Numbered from the stretch's first letter, positions 17,253-26,472 are shown. The stretch: 57,165 nt of DNA from Candidatus Zambryskiibacteriota bacterium (GCA_016180955.1 JACPAD010000005.1:1-57165), one strand, 5' to 3'. The notes: generated by a model not told the origin, from the sequence alone. Made by a program: numbers and translations.

Positions 17253-17834
17253 TTAGTGATCTACGCCGAAACGTTTGTAGTTTAGTGTTTTAACATCGCC
17301 GAACCAGTGGTTTATTTCGTGCCCTGCCTCTTCTGCCGTCTCTGAAGCATGGATAAGGTTCATTACTGCACGCTTCTCGCTGTTGGCAAGAGCGGGAGAA
17401 TCAATAGAGAAATCACCCCTGATAGTTCCCATCTCTGCCTGAAACGGAAGCGTTGGGCCGGAAATCTTCCTAACCGTATCAACGGCATGAAGACCTTGTA
17501 CGATCATGCGGACCAGCGGTGCAGAAGTCATATAATCGATAACCCATTCGCGTACCATCGGGCCGATTTTTACTGGGTTATCACTGCCAACAAGCGGCAC
17601 CGGATCTATGTCGTATTTTTTATAAGTACTTAAACTCTTCTCTCCTAAACGGGTAATCCATGCTTCGTCTTTCGGATAATGAGTATCAATTTGTTCTCTA
17701 GTCGGCTGGAACATTTCCAGCGCCACAATCTTTAAGTCTCTCTGTTCAAAACGCTTTATAATTTCTCCGATCAAACCTTTCTGAACTGCATCCGGTTTTA
17801 TCAGTACAAATGTCTGCTCTTCTTTTAGCTTCAT
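17253..17834 (-). CDS. ndk: Nucleoside-diphosphate kinase (with internal insertion)
   Basis: TFVLIKPDAVQKGLIGEII, GTIRGDF, NLIHAS. Confidence 0.95.
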   Translation of the reverse strand: MKLKEEQTFVLIKPDAVQKGLIGEIIKRFEQRDLKIVALEMFQPTREQIDTHYPKDEAWITRLGEKSLSTYKKYDIDPVPLVGSDNPVKIGPMVREWVIDYMTSAPLVRMIVQGLHAVDTVRKISGPTLPFQAEMGTIRGDFSIDSPALANSEKRAVMNLIHASETAEEAGHEINHWFGDVKTLNYKRFGVDH

Positions 17835-18601
17835 GAAGTTAGTATTATATTTCCTTTTTCGGTAATGGCAACTGTGTGCTCGAAGTGGGCGCTCCGGGAA
17901 CCGTCTTTAGTCTTGATGGTATAACCGTCGGGAGAAATCTTTATTTCCCCACTGCCGACATTCACCATCGGCTCGATGGCAAGCACCATGCCTGCCACTA
18001 ATTTTTCTCCCTTTCCCGCTCTCCCCGCATTGGGCACCAACGGCTCTTCGTGCACTTTGTGCCCTACGCCATGTCCCGCAAGATCTTTGGCAAGAGAGAA
18101 CGGCGTGGCAGAAACCACTTTACTTATAGCGGCGCCAATGTCGCCTATTGTATTACCAGGCTTGGCGGCTTCGATTCCTTTCTCCAAAGCTAGACGTGTT
18201 ATCTCTATAAGCTTCCGTCCTTCGTCGTCGACTGCGCCACACAGTATGGTAATAGCACTATCGGTAATAAGCCCATTGTGAATAAGACCGAGGTCTATCG
18301 AGACGATATCGCCGTCTCTTAATATTCTCTCGGCTTCGTTCGGAATGCCGTGGACAATTTCATCGTTTATGGAAATACAAAGCGCCGCAGGATACGGCCG
18401 CTTGGCGCCGGCCGGCTGATAACCCAAGAAAGCCGCTCTATCTCCGCCTTCTTTGATAAGCCGCAGGGCCTCTTCTTCAAGAATAAGCGTGGAGAGACCG
18501 GGTTTGACCATCCCCGCCAAGACACCGAGTATCTCGGCGTGTCTCCTGCCTCCTTTGCGCATAATCTCTATTTCTTTCTCACTCTTAAGAGTTATAGTCA
18601 T
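17831..18601 (-). CDS. map: Methionine aminopeptidase type I
   Basis: CISINDEIVHGIP, DIVSIDLG, GHGVG, AIEPM, AHFEHT. Confidence 0.96.
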   Translation of the reverse strand: MTITLKSEKEIEIMRKGGRRHAEILGVLAGMVKPGLSTLILEEEALRLIKEGGDRAAFLGYQPAGAKRPYPAALCISINDEIVHGIPNEAERILRDGDIVSIDLGLIHNGLITDSAITILCGAVDDEGRKLIEITRLALEKGIEAAKPGNTIGDIGAAISKVVSATPFSLAKDLAGHGVGHKVHEEPLVPNAGRAGKGEKLVAGMVLAIEPMVNVGSGEIKISPDGYTIKTKDGSRSAHFEHTVAITEKGNIILTS

Positions 18602-19187
18602 ATGCGGCAACGATATCAGAGTGAACTTTTTCTATCGGCTGTTCGCCGTCAATCTCGATGAAGCGATACAGGGAGTTGGTCTTGAAGTATTCGATGGCCG
18701 GCCAGGTATCGGCTTCGAACCAATCCAGACGCTTATTAATTTTGAGAAGCGTCCTATCGTCTGCTCGGCCGCGGCCGAGCAGACGCTCCTCGGCCCACTT
18801 ATGCCCTACCTTTAGATGGATGACTGTCGATTTCTCTCTCTTGTAAAACTGAAGAGCGGTGGAGAGAAGCACCGCTTCGGAGTGAGAGCGCGGTGCACCG
18901 TCAAAGACAAGATGCATGTCTGGCAGAAGCTCTTCTACAAGCACGCTAGCCCACATGAAGCAGGCCAGAAAATCCGGCTGGCGTTCATCCTTGTTATAAA
19001 TTTCTTTCGACAGCTTGGAGGAAAAGCTGTCGCCCCTGACAAAGTTCCTGAAACGTTCTCCCGTCTCGACGTAGAGAATATGCCGCTGCTTCTCATCGTG
19101 ACGCGCAATGCGATTCTTTAAAAGGTCCGCTTGCGTCCCCTTGCCGCAACCGGAGCGACCAATGAAAATAACGGTGTGAAGCATCAT
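18585..19187 (-). CDS. adk: Adenylate kinase (short form)
   Basis: GRSGCGKGTQA P-loop, FDGAPR, IDGEQPIE.V; canonical position before map. Confidence 0.88.
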   Translation of the reverse strand: MMLHTVIFIGRSGCGKGTQADLLKNRIARHDEKQRHILYVETGERFRNFVRGDSFSSKLSKEIYNKDERQPDFLACFMWASVLVEELLPDMHLVFDGAPRSHSEAVLLSTALQFYKREKSTVIHLKVGHKWAEERLLGRGRADDRTLLKINKRLDWFEADTWPAIEYFKTNSLYRFIEIDGEQPIEKVHSDIVAAYDYNS

Positions 19188-19193
19188 CTCTAA

Positions 19194-20156
19194 TTATAGA
19201 CCAGAATTAATTTTTTTAACTAATTTATAAGCATTCCCCCACTTCAGCATTCCTTGATACGAAGCAGTCGACTTCTGTGAAATATTCTTCAGCATCCTTC
19301 TCTTAGCCACCGTTCTCAAAACTCTATGGTCTGGGAAATGCACCCAGCCAAGAAAGTCTACTCCGGAAGAAAGGGTTTTGATAAATACTTTGTCTGGGTG
19401 AAGCTTCAGTTTAAGTTCACTCTGTAAGAAATGTACGATATATCGTATAAATACCTCTAGCTCTGATTTGTTTTGGGAGAAGAACACGAAGTCGTCAGCA
19501 TAGCGGATGTAATGCTTGGCTTTTAGTTTGTGCTTCACAAACTGGTCGAACTCGTTCATGTAGATATTGACCAAGAGCTGGGAGGTGAGGTTGCCAAGTG
19601 GCAGACCTTTGCCTGGAGCGGTGTGGAAACTTTCAATGATTTGGAATAAGAGCCAGTTTATATTTTCATCAGGAATGTATTTTATAACGATATATCGTAG
19701 TAAATTGTGGTCGATAGAGGCGAAGAATTTTTTAATGTCACATTTCAAAACCCAGCATTGCTTTGTGTTGTTCTTGGAGACTTTGTGTGAGAAAGACTCA
19801 AATCTCTCCATTGCTTTGTGCGTGCCTTTGTTCAAGCGACAGGAATAGGAGTCGGAAATAAACTTCTTATCGAAGTACAGATAGATGATTCGATGGATAG
19901 CGTGATGCAAAAGCCTGTCTCGCACAGAAGCTTTGTGAATATTCCTTGGCTTAGGGTCTGAGATGTTGAAGGCAGAATAACTACTATGCCGATAGGTCTT
20001 GTTTAACAAACCCAAATGAAGACTATAAATATTTTCTGAAAGATTTTCAGAGAACTCTGCCACATCTTTGCGCTTTCTCTTGCCTTTAAGAAACTCCACC
20101 CAAGCGTCAAAAAGATTTTCCAAAGATATGATACGCTCATACATATGACTGAGCAT
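19194..20156 (-). CDS. DGR reverse transcriptase 1
   Basis: KPRNIHKASVRDRLLHHAI, DIKKFF, GLPLGNLTSQ, YIRYADDF, GVDFLGW; 320 aa with no maturase X or endonuclease domain. Confidence 0.95.
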   Translation of the reverse strand: MLSHMYERIISLENLFDAWVEFLKGKRKRKDVAEFSENLSENIYSLHLGLLNKTYRHSSYSAFNISDPKPRNIHKASVRDRLLHHAIHRIIYLYFDKKFISDSYSCRLNKGTHKAMERFESFSHKVSKNNTKQCWVLKCDIKKFFASIDHNLLRYIVIKYIPDENINWLLFQIIESFHTAPGKGLPLGNLTSQLLVNIYMNEFDQFVKHKLKAKHYIRYADDFVFFSQNKSELEVFIRYIVHFLQSELKLKLHPDKVFIKTLSSGVDFLGWVHFPDHRVLRTVAKRRMLKNISQKSTASYQGMLKWGNAYKLVKKINSGL

Positions 20157-20531
20157 AGCAATTTACCCCCCCCCGCAAAAGCACCGTCGGTGCTTTTTAA
20201 GGCAAAGGAGACATACTCGTATTGGCTAAAGCTTTACCGAAAAATTGCTAAGCCCGAACGCTTTGGTATTGGAGAAAAGATAGATATTCTGTTTCTGGAA
20301 ATCTTGGAATTAATGCACTCCAGCCGTTATGCTCCTGTTTCTGAAAAACTGCCGTACTTGGAAAAAACTATAGGGAAAATAGATAAAATTAAATTCTTTC
20401 TGGAAATCTCTTGGGAAAATGAATTAATGAGTAGCGGAGAATACGCTCTGATACTTGAAAGACTTGAGGGCATGGGTCGGGAGCTGGGCGGCTGGAAGAA
20501 AGGAATAGTAAACAAAAACCCCATGAGATAG
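20145..20531 (+). CDS. avd: DGR accessory variability determinant (Avd-like four-helix bundle), antisense to TR/RT
   Basis: KPERFGIGEKID...LE...GRELGGW; overlaps the RT1 start head-to-head; C9 tract 20166-20174 encodes PPP. Confidence 0.88.
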   Translation: MTEHSNLPPPAKAPSVLFKAKETYSYWLKLYRKIAKPERFGIGEKIDILFLEILELMHSSRYAPVSEKLPYLEKTIGKIDKIKFFLEISWENELMSSGEYALILERLEGMGRELGGWKKGIVNKNPMR

Positions 20532-20551
20532 CATTTCTATATCTCACGGGG
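20519..20551 (-). promoter_or_regulatory. Conserved hairpin 3' of TR1 (spacer element)
   Basis: CCCCATGAGATA...TATCTCACGGGG; near-identical to 44309-44341 with compensatory changes. Confidence 0.75.
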
Positions 20552-20560
20552 AAAATTCAC

Positions 20561-20671
20561 AGTTTCGAGAAACCACCTGATTGCCAGCGTTCCACCTGTT
20601 CGGGTTCGTCACGGAGTTAGCGTTGACGTTCCAGCCGCCGTTGTCGGCGTTCCAGTTCGCGTTCACGGCCC
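20561..20671 (-). repeat. DGR1 template repeat (TR1)
   Basis: AAC-rich on the minus strand; 14 mismatches versus VR1, 13 of them at TR adenines. Confidence 0.95.
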
Positions 20672-20825
20672 AGAGAAGCTTCGTGCGAAATATCGCCCAT
20701 GCCACTGCCTCTAGATTCACCGGCTAGCGAATTTCAAAGCTGTATCTGATTCGGAGTCCTGCTCCTTAATATTTCACACCAACTATTTCTTTTTTTTGAT
20801 ACCGAATATCGGTATTCATCTATCA

Positions 20826-20869
20826 CTCCAAACCTTAGTCTGGAATGCCAATAGATTATTTAAATTATA
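20826..20869 (-). promoter_or_regulatory. TR1 RNA promoter and conserved 5' leader motif
   Basis: Minus-strand TATAAT (20864-20869) and AATAAT (20855-20860), then GACTAAGGTTTGGAG (20826-20840), shared with DGR2. Confidence 0.6.
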
Positions 20870-20871
20870 AC

Positions 20872-20904
20872 AAAAAGAGCGCCCCGATGTGAATCGAAGC
20901 GCCC
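20872..20904 (-). terminator. Terminator after DGR1 target
   Basis: Minus strand GGGCGCTTCGAT-TCAC-ATCGGGGCGCTC-TTTTT (G-U containing 12-bp stem plus U tract). Confidence 0.7.
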
Positions 20905-20951
20905 GTGACCTCCTTTCAGAGTATCTTCCACCTGAGGCGGAGTCAAAGGGT

Positions 20952-21448
20952 CTAGTTGCGAGAAACCACCCGATAGCCAGCGCTCCACCTGTTCGGGCTC
21001 GCCACGGAGTCAGCGCGGACGTGACAGCCGCCGTCGTCGGCGTTCCAGCCCGCGTTCACGGCCCGCGGTTTGCTGCGAGGAACGCTCGGAACTGGCTCGC
21101 GCTCGTCTCGGCCTTGTCGCCGAGTTCAGCCATGATGGGAGCGTCGAGCGAGGCTTCTTCGAGCTTACAAACTGCGAGCTCGACTTCTTCCGTCGCCGTC
21201 ACTTCGAGGCTGTAGAACTGGTTCTCGAAGTTCGAGCCCGTGAGTTTGACTCCCGCTTCCGCGAAGTATTCCTTGGAAGTGGTAACCGCCGGCTCTGCCG
21301 CGACTTTCACGGTGCGGAGGAGAGTGAGAATCGTCTCGAAGACAATCTTGCCCTGCCCGCCGATGAAGCGAAGGAAGTTGTCCCAACCGCCCATGCGGTT
21401 GATGCATGCTTCCGTTTGTCCACTGGTTACGTCTGGATACTTAGCCAT
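20952..21448 (-). pseudogene. DGR1 target protein, frameshifted at the VR 5' border
   Basis: The 130-aa ORF stops at TGA 21056-21058; the VR-encoded C-terminus is in a different frame ending at TAG 20952; GAGGAG SD upstream. Confidence 0.85.
20954..21064 (-). repeat. DGR1 variable repeat (VR1)
   Basis: 111-bp copy of TR1; encodes AVNAGWNADDGGCHVRADSVASPNRWSAGYRVVSRN*. Confidence 0.95.
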
Positions 21449-21544
21449 GTCTGCTCCTCTTCGGCTGAAAGCCGAGAGCTTCCCTCTGCCCGAGGTTATG
21501 GGGGCCTGAAAACGGGATGTTTCCAGGGCTTGTTATCTTTTTAC

Positions 21545-21573
21545 ATCATACACCTAAACACATATAAAGTCAA
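21545..21573 (-). promoter_or_regulatory. sigma70 promoter of DGR1 target
   Basis: TTGACT-17-TATGAT. Confidence 0.75.
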
Positions 21574-21609
21574 GCTTTTGTTCATTAAATGGCTTAAAAC
21601 AAGAGTTTA

Positions 21610-22881
21610 TTAATATTCTCGGGCGGAAACTTGGGCGTCGATTTTTTTAATAAGATCGATGACAACGGAAACTACGATGAGAAGCGCCGTACCACCGATG
21701 GCAAGAGATTGAATGCCGGTAAGTGAGCGCAGAATGAGCGGCAAAATGGCGATAAGACCGAGGAAAAGCGCGCCAACCAGAGTGAGCCGCGTGAGCACCC
21801 GCGAGATATAGTCAGCCGTTGAGATGCCGGGGCGTACGCCGGGGATAAAAGCGCCAGATTTCTGCAAATTGGTCGAGATGTTGTCCGGGTCGAAAGTGAC
21901 CGCAGTATAAAAGTAGGTAAAGAGCACTACCAAGACGAAGTAGGCAGTAGTGTAGAACCAATTATTGGCGAGGAGGTCCAGAGCAAAAGTCGCCAAAGAG
22001 CTTATTGAGGCGATGGCCGACTGGGCTAAAAACTGAAAAATCATTTGCGGGAACAGAAGTATTGACAGTGCGAAAATAATCGGGATGACTCCGGCCTGAT
22101 TGACCCGCAGGGGAAGATAGGTGGAGATGCCGCCAAAAGCCCGGCCGCCACGGACCTGCTTGGCGTAAGTGATAGGGATGGGTCGCTCCGCTTCCGTCAC
22201 CACCACCACGCCGAAAGTGACCAGAAGCGCTATGGCCAGTCCGGCGATATAGACTGGTATTTGCGAAGGGTCATAGGTCAAGACAGTCTGACTTACGGTC
22301 GTCGGCAGCTGGGCCACAATGCCGGCAAAAATGATGAGGGAAACGCCATTCCCCACTCCAAACTCGGTGATAAGCTCGCCTAACCACATGAGGAGCACAG
22401 AGCCAGCAACGATGACAGTGATGTCGACGGCAAGCGTTCCGAATGTCAGCTGTCCGAGCACTCCTTGTCCCTGCAGGAGCTTGATGAAGGCGTAGCCTTG
22501 AACGATGGCGAGCGGCACGGTCAAGATTCTCGAGTATTGAGAGAAGCGACGTCGGCCCGCCTCGCCCTCTTCTTGATACATTGCTTTAAGCTTGGGCGAC
22601 ATTACCGTCATAAGCTGCATGATGATGGAAGCGGTGATGTAAGGGCCGACTCCGAGCATTACGACAGAAAGATTGGAAAGCCCTCCGCCCGAGAAAAGAT
22701 TCAAAAGATTGAGAAATTCCGAACCAGAGAGCAGACTCTCGAGCCGGAGAGCGTCAATGCCGGGAATGGGAATGGCGGCCAGAACGCGCGTAACGACAAG
22801 AAGGCCCGTGACAAAGAGAATGCGCCTGCGAAGCACTTCGTCAGCAAGGATGAGTCTTAATTTTTCACCGAATTTAGACAT
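21610..22881 (-). CDS. secY: Preprotein translocase SecY
   Basis: SVVMLGVGPYITASIIMQL, GVGNGVSLIIFAGI, AGVIPIIFA, FIPGVRPG, GGTALLIVV. Confidence 0.98.
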   Translation of the reverse strand: MSKFGEKLRLILADEVLRRRILFVTGLLVVTRVLAAIPIPGIDALRLESLLSGSEFLNLLNLFSGGGLSNLSVVMLGVGPYITASIIMQLMTVMSPKLKAMYQEEGEAGRRRFSQYSRILTVPLAIVQGYAFIKLLQGQGVLGQLTFGTLAVDITVIVAGSVLLMWLGELITEFGVGNGVSLIIFAGIVAQLPTTVSQTVLTYDPSQIPVYIAGLAIALLVTFGVVVVTEAERPIPITYAKQVRGGRAFGGISTYLPLRVNQAGVIPIIFALSILLFPQMIFQFLAQSAIASISSLATFALDLLANNWFYTTAYFVLVVLFTYFYTAVTFDPDNISTNLQKSGAFIPGVRPGISTADYISRVLTRLTLVGALFLGLIAILPLILRSLTGIQSLAIGGTALLIVVSVVIDLIKKIDAQVSAREY

Positions 22882-22893
22882 AATGACTAGGGG

Positions 22894-23166
22894 CTAGGTT
22901 TTAGCTGCTGGCTTTTTGGACACGAGATATGTTTTAAGAGTCTTGCCTGTAAGTTTTTTGTGGCGGGATTTGAGCGAGTGTTTGCCGCGTCCACGGAGCT
23001 TCGGCACGCGCTTGATGAAGTCGCGCAACTCTGGACGCTTTTTTCTCCCGGCTCTGGCGTTCTGGCCCTTAGTGCCGCGGCCAGCGGTCTTGCCGCGCTT
23101 ACCGCCGCGGCCGACAAGTCGCGCTTTTTTGTTCTTCGTTTTTCTTTTGAGAGTGTGAAATTGCAT
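22894..23166 (-). CDS. rplO: 50S ribosomal protein L15 (short, N-terminal part only)
   Basis: VGRGGKRGKTAGRGTKGQNARAG; 90 aa. Confidence 0.9.
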   Translation of the reverse strand: MQFHTLKRKTKNKKARLVGRGGKRGKTAGRGTKGQNARAGRKKRPELRDFIKRVPKLRGRGKHSLKSRHKKLTGKTLKTYLVSKKPAAKT

Positions 23167-23169
23167 AAA

Positions 23170-23697
23170 TTAGCTTTTGTTTCGGATTTTCGTGCTTTCA
23201 AGTTTTTTTAACGCTTTGATGGTCACATAAGCATTGTTGACGCTGTTCTTGCTTCTTGAGAGTAGTTTGGCACTAACATCTTTAAGGCCCGCTAATTCAA
23301 GCACGACTCTTACCGAGCTCCCGGCCAAAATCCCTTTGCCGGGAGCAGGCATGATTTTTACAACAGAGGCGGCATATTTTGCTTCAACGTCGTGAGGAAT
23401 AGACATGTGCGGAGTGGCGTTAACCTTAATCATATTCTTTTTAGCATCACGAAAGGCTTTTTCAATCGCAAGCGGAGTATCGGCCGCCTTGCCAAGACCC
23501 ACACCCACCATGCCCTTCCTGTTGCCGGCAACTAAAGCAGCAGAGAAATTGAAGCGGCGGCCACCGGCCATCACGCGAGTAACGCGGCGCAGACTCACGA
23601 TTTTCTGGTCAAATTCAGGCTTCACAGTACTGCCCCGACGAGATGGGCGGCGGGATTGTTTTCGGAAACCTTTGGCTAGAGCTGTTTTGTCTTCCAT
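23170..23697 (-). CDS. rpsE: 30S ribosomal protein S5
   Basis: RRVTRVMAGGRRFNFSA, PAPGKGILAG. Confidence 0.97.
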   Translation of the reverse strand: MEDKTALAKGFRKQSRRPSRRGSTVKPEFDQKIVSLRRVTRVMAGGRRFNFSAALVAGNRKGMVGVGLGKAADTPLAIEKAFRDAKKNMIKVNATPHMSIPHDVEAKYAASVVKIMPAPGKGILAGSSVRVVLELAGLKDVSAKLLSRSKNSVNNAYVTIKALKKLESTKIRNKS

Positions 23698-23701
23698 GAT
23701 A

Positions 23702-24013
23702 TTAGAATTTTAATCCGGCCTTGCGCGCCGCATCTGCCAGCGCTTTGACCTTACCGGTGTAAATGTAGCCGCCTCGATCGAAGACCACCTGCTTTACCTT
23801 AGCGCCTTTGGCGATTTCAGTGCCGACTTTTGCCGCATTTGATCCTTTGGCAGAAGCAAGAGTTTTGCCAGAGATATCATCGATAAGCTGGGCGTAAATA
23901 GCAGTGTTGGATTTGAAAATGGAAAGGCGCGGACGCTTTGCCGTGCCGGAAATCTTTGTCCGGATTCTCTTGTGCCTTCTCTCCCTTTTCTGCTGTTTTA
24001 CATTTTTATTCAT
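23702..24013 (-). CDS. rplR: 50S ribosomal protein L18
   Basis: [28 protein letters not shown]. Confidence 0.97.
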   Translation of the reverse strand: MNKNVKQQKRERRHKRIRTKISGTAKRPRLSIFKSNTAIYAQLIDDISGKTLASAKGSNAAKVGTEIAKGAKVKQVVFDRGGYIYTGKVKALADAARKAGLKF

Positions 24014-24546
24014 TAGACTGACTTCTTGCCCTGCTTTCTCCTGATCACTTCGTCCGCATAGCGCATGCCCTTGCCCTTATAAGGTTCGGGCTTTTTCAGA
24101 GCGCGGAGCTTTGCGGTAAAGGAACCAACCTCTTCTTTGTTCGAGCCTGAAATAGTGATATTGTTTTTCTCGGCAGTTACCTTTAGAGTTTTCGGAATCT
24201 CCACTTCAACAGGATGGGAGAAGCCTAAGGCAAAAATAATTTTATCTCCTTTTACCTCTGATTTGTAGCCAATGCCCTCGAGAATTAGTTTCTTTTCAAA
24301 AGGCTTATTTACACCCGAAACCATGTTGGTAATATGGGAAGCGTAAGTACCCCAAAGCGCTTTGGATTCCAAGGTTTCTTCTTTGGGCGCAAGAGTAACA
24401 GTGTTGCCCTCAACCCTCACTTCAATTACCGGATGCAGCTTCCGGGAGAGTTCTCCAAGCGGACCTTTGACCATGACAAATCCGTCCGAAACTTTTATTT
24501 CGGTTTTTTCGGGGAGAGTTATTAATTTTTTTCCGATTCTTGACAT
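24013..24546 (-). CDS. rplF: 50S ribosomal protein L6
   Basis: [16 protein letters not shown]. Confidence 0.97.
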   Translation of the reverse strand: MSRIGKKLITLPEKTEIKVSDGFVMVKGPLGELSRKLHPVIEVRVEGNTVTLAPKEETLESKALWGTYASHITNMVSGVNKPFEKKLILEGIGYKSEVKGDKIIFALGFSHPVEVEIPKTLKVTAEKNNITISGSNKEEVGSFTAKLRALKKPEPYKGKGMRYADEVIRRKQGKKSV

Positions 24547-24547
24547 A

Positions 24548-24916
24548 CTACCAAATGTTGAACAACGCCTCTCCTCCTAATTTTGCTCTTTTCGCTTCCC
24601 TACCGGTCATTACTCCTCTTGAAGTTGAGAGAATGAGAGCGCCGTAACCGTTTTTGACCGGACGAATCTCGGTTGCTTTCTTATAAATTCTTTTCGAAGG
24701 CTTGGAAATTCTTTTGACCCCACTGACTTTTGAAGTGGCTATTACTAATATTCGCTTGCCCTTTTCGCTCTTCTCTCCAAAATTTGTAATAAATCCTTCT
24801 TTTTTCAAAACTTCCGCAATGGAGCGTTTGAGATTGGAGAATGGCATAGATACGCTCTCATGTCGAGCGTCGCCCGCATTCTTTAGCTTTATAATCATGT
24901 TTGAAACCGTATCCAT
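24548..24916 (-). CDS. rpsH: 30S ribosomal protein S8
   Basis: MDTVSNMI, RISKPSKRIY, ILSTSRGVMT. Confidence 0.96.
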   Translation of the reverse strand: MDTVSNMIIKLKNAGDARHESVSMPFSNLKRSIAEVLKKEGFITNFGEKSEKGKRILVIATSKVSGVKRISKPSKRIYKKATEIRPVKNGYGALILSTSRGVMTGREAKRAKLGGEALFNIW

Positions 24917-24920
24917 ATTT

Positions 24921-25106
24921 TTACCAACTAGCCTTCTTTACCCCCGGAATCTTTCCCTCATTAGCAAGCTCCCTGAAGCAGATGCGGCAGAGGTCGAAGT
25001 CTCTCATATAGCCGCGCTTTCTTCCGCAGCGGAAGCAACGATTTGTAGCCCGAGTAGAGAACTTGGGCTTCTTTTTGCTTCTTGCGATTACTGACGTCTT
25101 GGCCAT
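24921..25106 (-). CDS. rpsZ: 30S ribosomal protein S14, Zn-binding type Z
   Basis: [28 protein letters not shown]. Confidence 0.96.
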   Translation of the reverse strand: MAKTSVIARSKKKPKFSTRATNRCFRCGRKRGYMRDFDLCRICFRELANEGKIPGVKKASW

Positions 25107-25127
25107 AAGAAATGAGATTTTAACACA

Positions 25128-25640
25128 TTATTTGCGGAACGGGAAGCCGAGGTGGGTAAGGAGCTTCACGACTTCGTCCTTGCTCTTGGCGGTAGTGACA
25201 ATGGTAACGGCGAAGCCGAAAACGTCTTTGAGCTCTTCATCTGTTGTTTCCGGAAAAATGCTGTGCTCCTTGATGCTTAATGTATAGTTACCCATTTCGT
25301 CAGCGGCACTAGGAGAGATACCCCTGAAGTCTTTGGTGCGAGGGAGTGCGATATGAATTAATTTCTCCAAGAAATCATACATGCGCTCGCCGTGAAGCGT
25401 CACTTGGTAGCCAACAATATCGCCTTGCCGGCTCTTGAATGAAGCGATAGAAATTTTAGCTCCTCTGGAAGCTGCTTTCTGTCCGGTAATGCGGGCGAGG
25501 CGGTCTTCGACAATTTTAAATTTGTTCTTATCTTTGAAAGAGCCGACGCCGGTAGAAATTACCACCTTGGTAATCCTCGGCACTTGCATCGGGTTCTTGT
25601 AACCCTCAAGTTTTCTTGATTTTGTTCTAAGATTTTCCAT
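25128..25640 (-). CDS. rplE: 50S ribosomal protein L5
   Basis: NPMQVPRITKVVI, VTLHGERMY, PRTKDFRG. Confidence 0.96.
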   Translation of the reverse strand: MENLRTKSRKLEGYKNPMQVPRITKVVISTGVGSFKDKNKFKIVEDRLARITGQKAASRGAKISIASFKSRQGDIVGYQVTLHGERMYDFLEKLIHIALPRTKDFRGISPSAADEMGNYTLSIKEHSIFPETTDEELKDVFGFAVTIVTTAKSKDEVVKLLTHLGFPFRK

Positions 25641-25851
25641 ATAATTTTACATTTGAAGCGTGGATTGGAAACGCTTTCTCTATTATTTGCCCTTTGCCCT
25701 CTTTCTTCTGTCGGCGCTCATGAATCTTTTTGATATTAACCCCTTCGACGAGGACCTGATTTAATTTAGGGAGGGCGCGCAAAATCTTGCCGGTCTTACC
25801 TTTGTCCTTGCCTGTAAGCACTAATACATTATCGTTTTTTTTCACGTGCAT
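25627..25851 (-). CDS. rplX: 50S ribosomal protein L24
   Basis: MHVKKND.V.VLTGKDKGKTG, PIHASNV. Confidence 0.95.
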   Translation of the reverse strand: MHVKKNDNVLVLTGKDKGKTGKILRALPKLNQVLVEGVNIKKIHERRQKKEGKGQIIEKAFPIHASNVKLYGKS

Positions 25852-25855
25852 AAAT

Positions 25856-26227
25856 TTAGACCACTTCGGGTGCAAGCGAAATTATTTTCTGGAAACCTTC
25901 CTCCCCTATCTCTCGCGGTACCGGCCCGAAAATACGTCCAGCCAAAGGCTCTTTTTTGGTACTGTCGAGAATAACTACTGCGTTCTCGTCGAAACGTACA
26001 TAAGTGCCATCTTTCCGGCGGTAAGGTGCTTTCTGTCGCACTACTACGGCATAGAGAATGTCCTTTTTTTTGACCTGTTTTCTCGGTTCAGCTTTCTGCA
26101 CCGACAGCACTACGAGTTCTCCGAGCGACGCGTAGCGCTTTTTGGAGCTACCGAGCACTTTGAAGACTCTGCCGAGTTTGGCGCCGGAGTTGTCTGCAAT
26201 CTGGACGATGGAGCGGGGTTGAATCAT
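25856..26227 (-). CDS. rplN: 50S ribosomal protein L14
   Basis: MIQPRS...ADNSGA, FDENAVV, RIFGPVPRE. Confidence 0.97.
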   Translation of the reverse strand: MIQPRSIVQIADNSGAKLGRVFKVLGSSKKRYASLGELVVLSVQKAEPRKQVKKKDILYAVVVRQKAPYRRKDGTYVRFDENAVVILDSTKKEPLAGRIFGPVPREIGEEGFQKIISLAPEVV

Positions 26228-26237
26228 ATGTCGAATC

Positions 26238-26471
26238 TTACAAATTAGATCGAACCAATACAAAATGCTTGTCTTTCGAGATCGGGCGAGTCTCGGCGAT
26301 CTGTACTTTATCACCAATCTTCCTAGTGTTGCCGGCATCGTGGACTTTGAATTTCTTGGAGCGTTTGATAAATTTCTGGTATTTTGGATGTTTGACGAAA
26401 GCATCCACCTTAACTACAGCGGTATCTTTCATTTTGTTAGAAACAATGATTCCGGAAAGTATTTTGGGCAT
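26238..26471 (-). CDS. rpsQ: 30S ribosomal protein S17
   Basis: KMKDTAVV, HPKYQK, ETRPISKDK. Confidence 0.96.
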   Translation of the reverse strand: MPKILSGIIVSNKMKDTAVVKVDAFVKHPKYQKFIKRSKKFKVHDAGNTRKIGDKVQIAETRPISKDKHFVLVRSNL

Positions 26472-26472
26472 G

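Larger units (their letters stand above)
19194..21573 (-). mobile_element. DGR1 cassette (RT, avd, TR, VR/target, promoter)
   Basis: All DGR components present; the 111-bp TR/VR pair differs almost only at TR adenines. Confidence 0.93.

Noticed and set aside
19194-20156. RTs as group II intron, retron or CRISPR-associated RT
   Set aside because: No maturase X/En domain, no intron domain V, no retron VTG motif or cas genes; Avd and A-specific TR/VR pairs identify them as DGRs
17253-20860. adk-map-ndk made dependent on the DGR TR promoter (addiction by promoter capture)
   Set aside because: adk and rnhA each have their own -10 box directly before the start codon, so dependence is not required
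19194-21610. Integrase, transposase or target-site duplications bounding the DGRs
   Set aside because: None visible at either cassette
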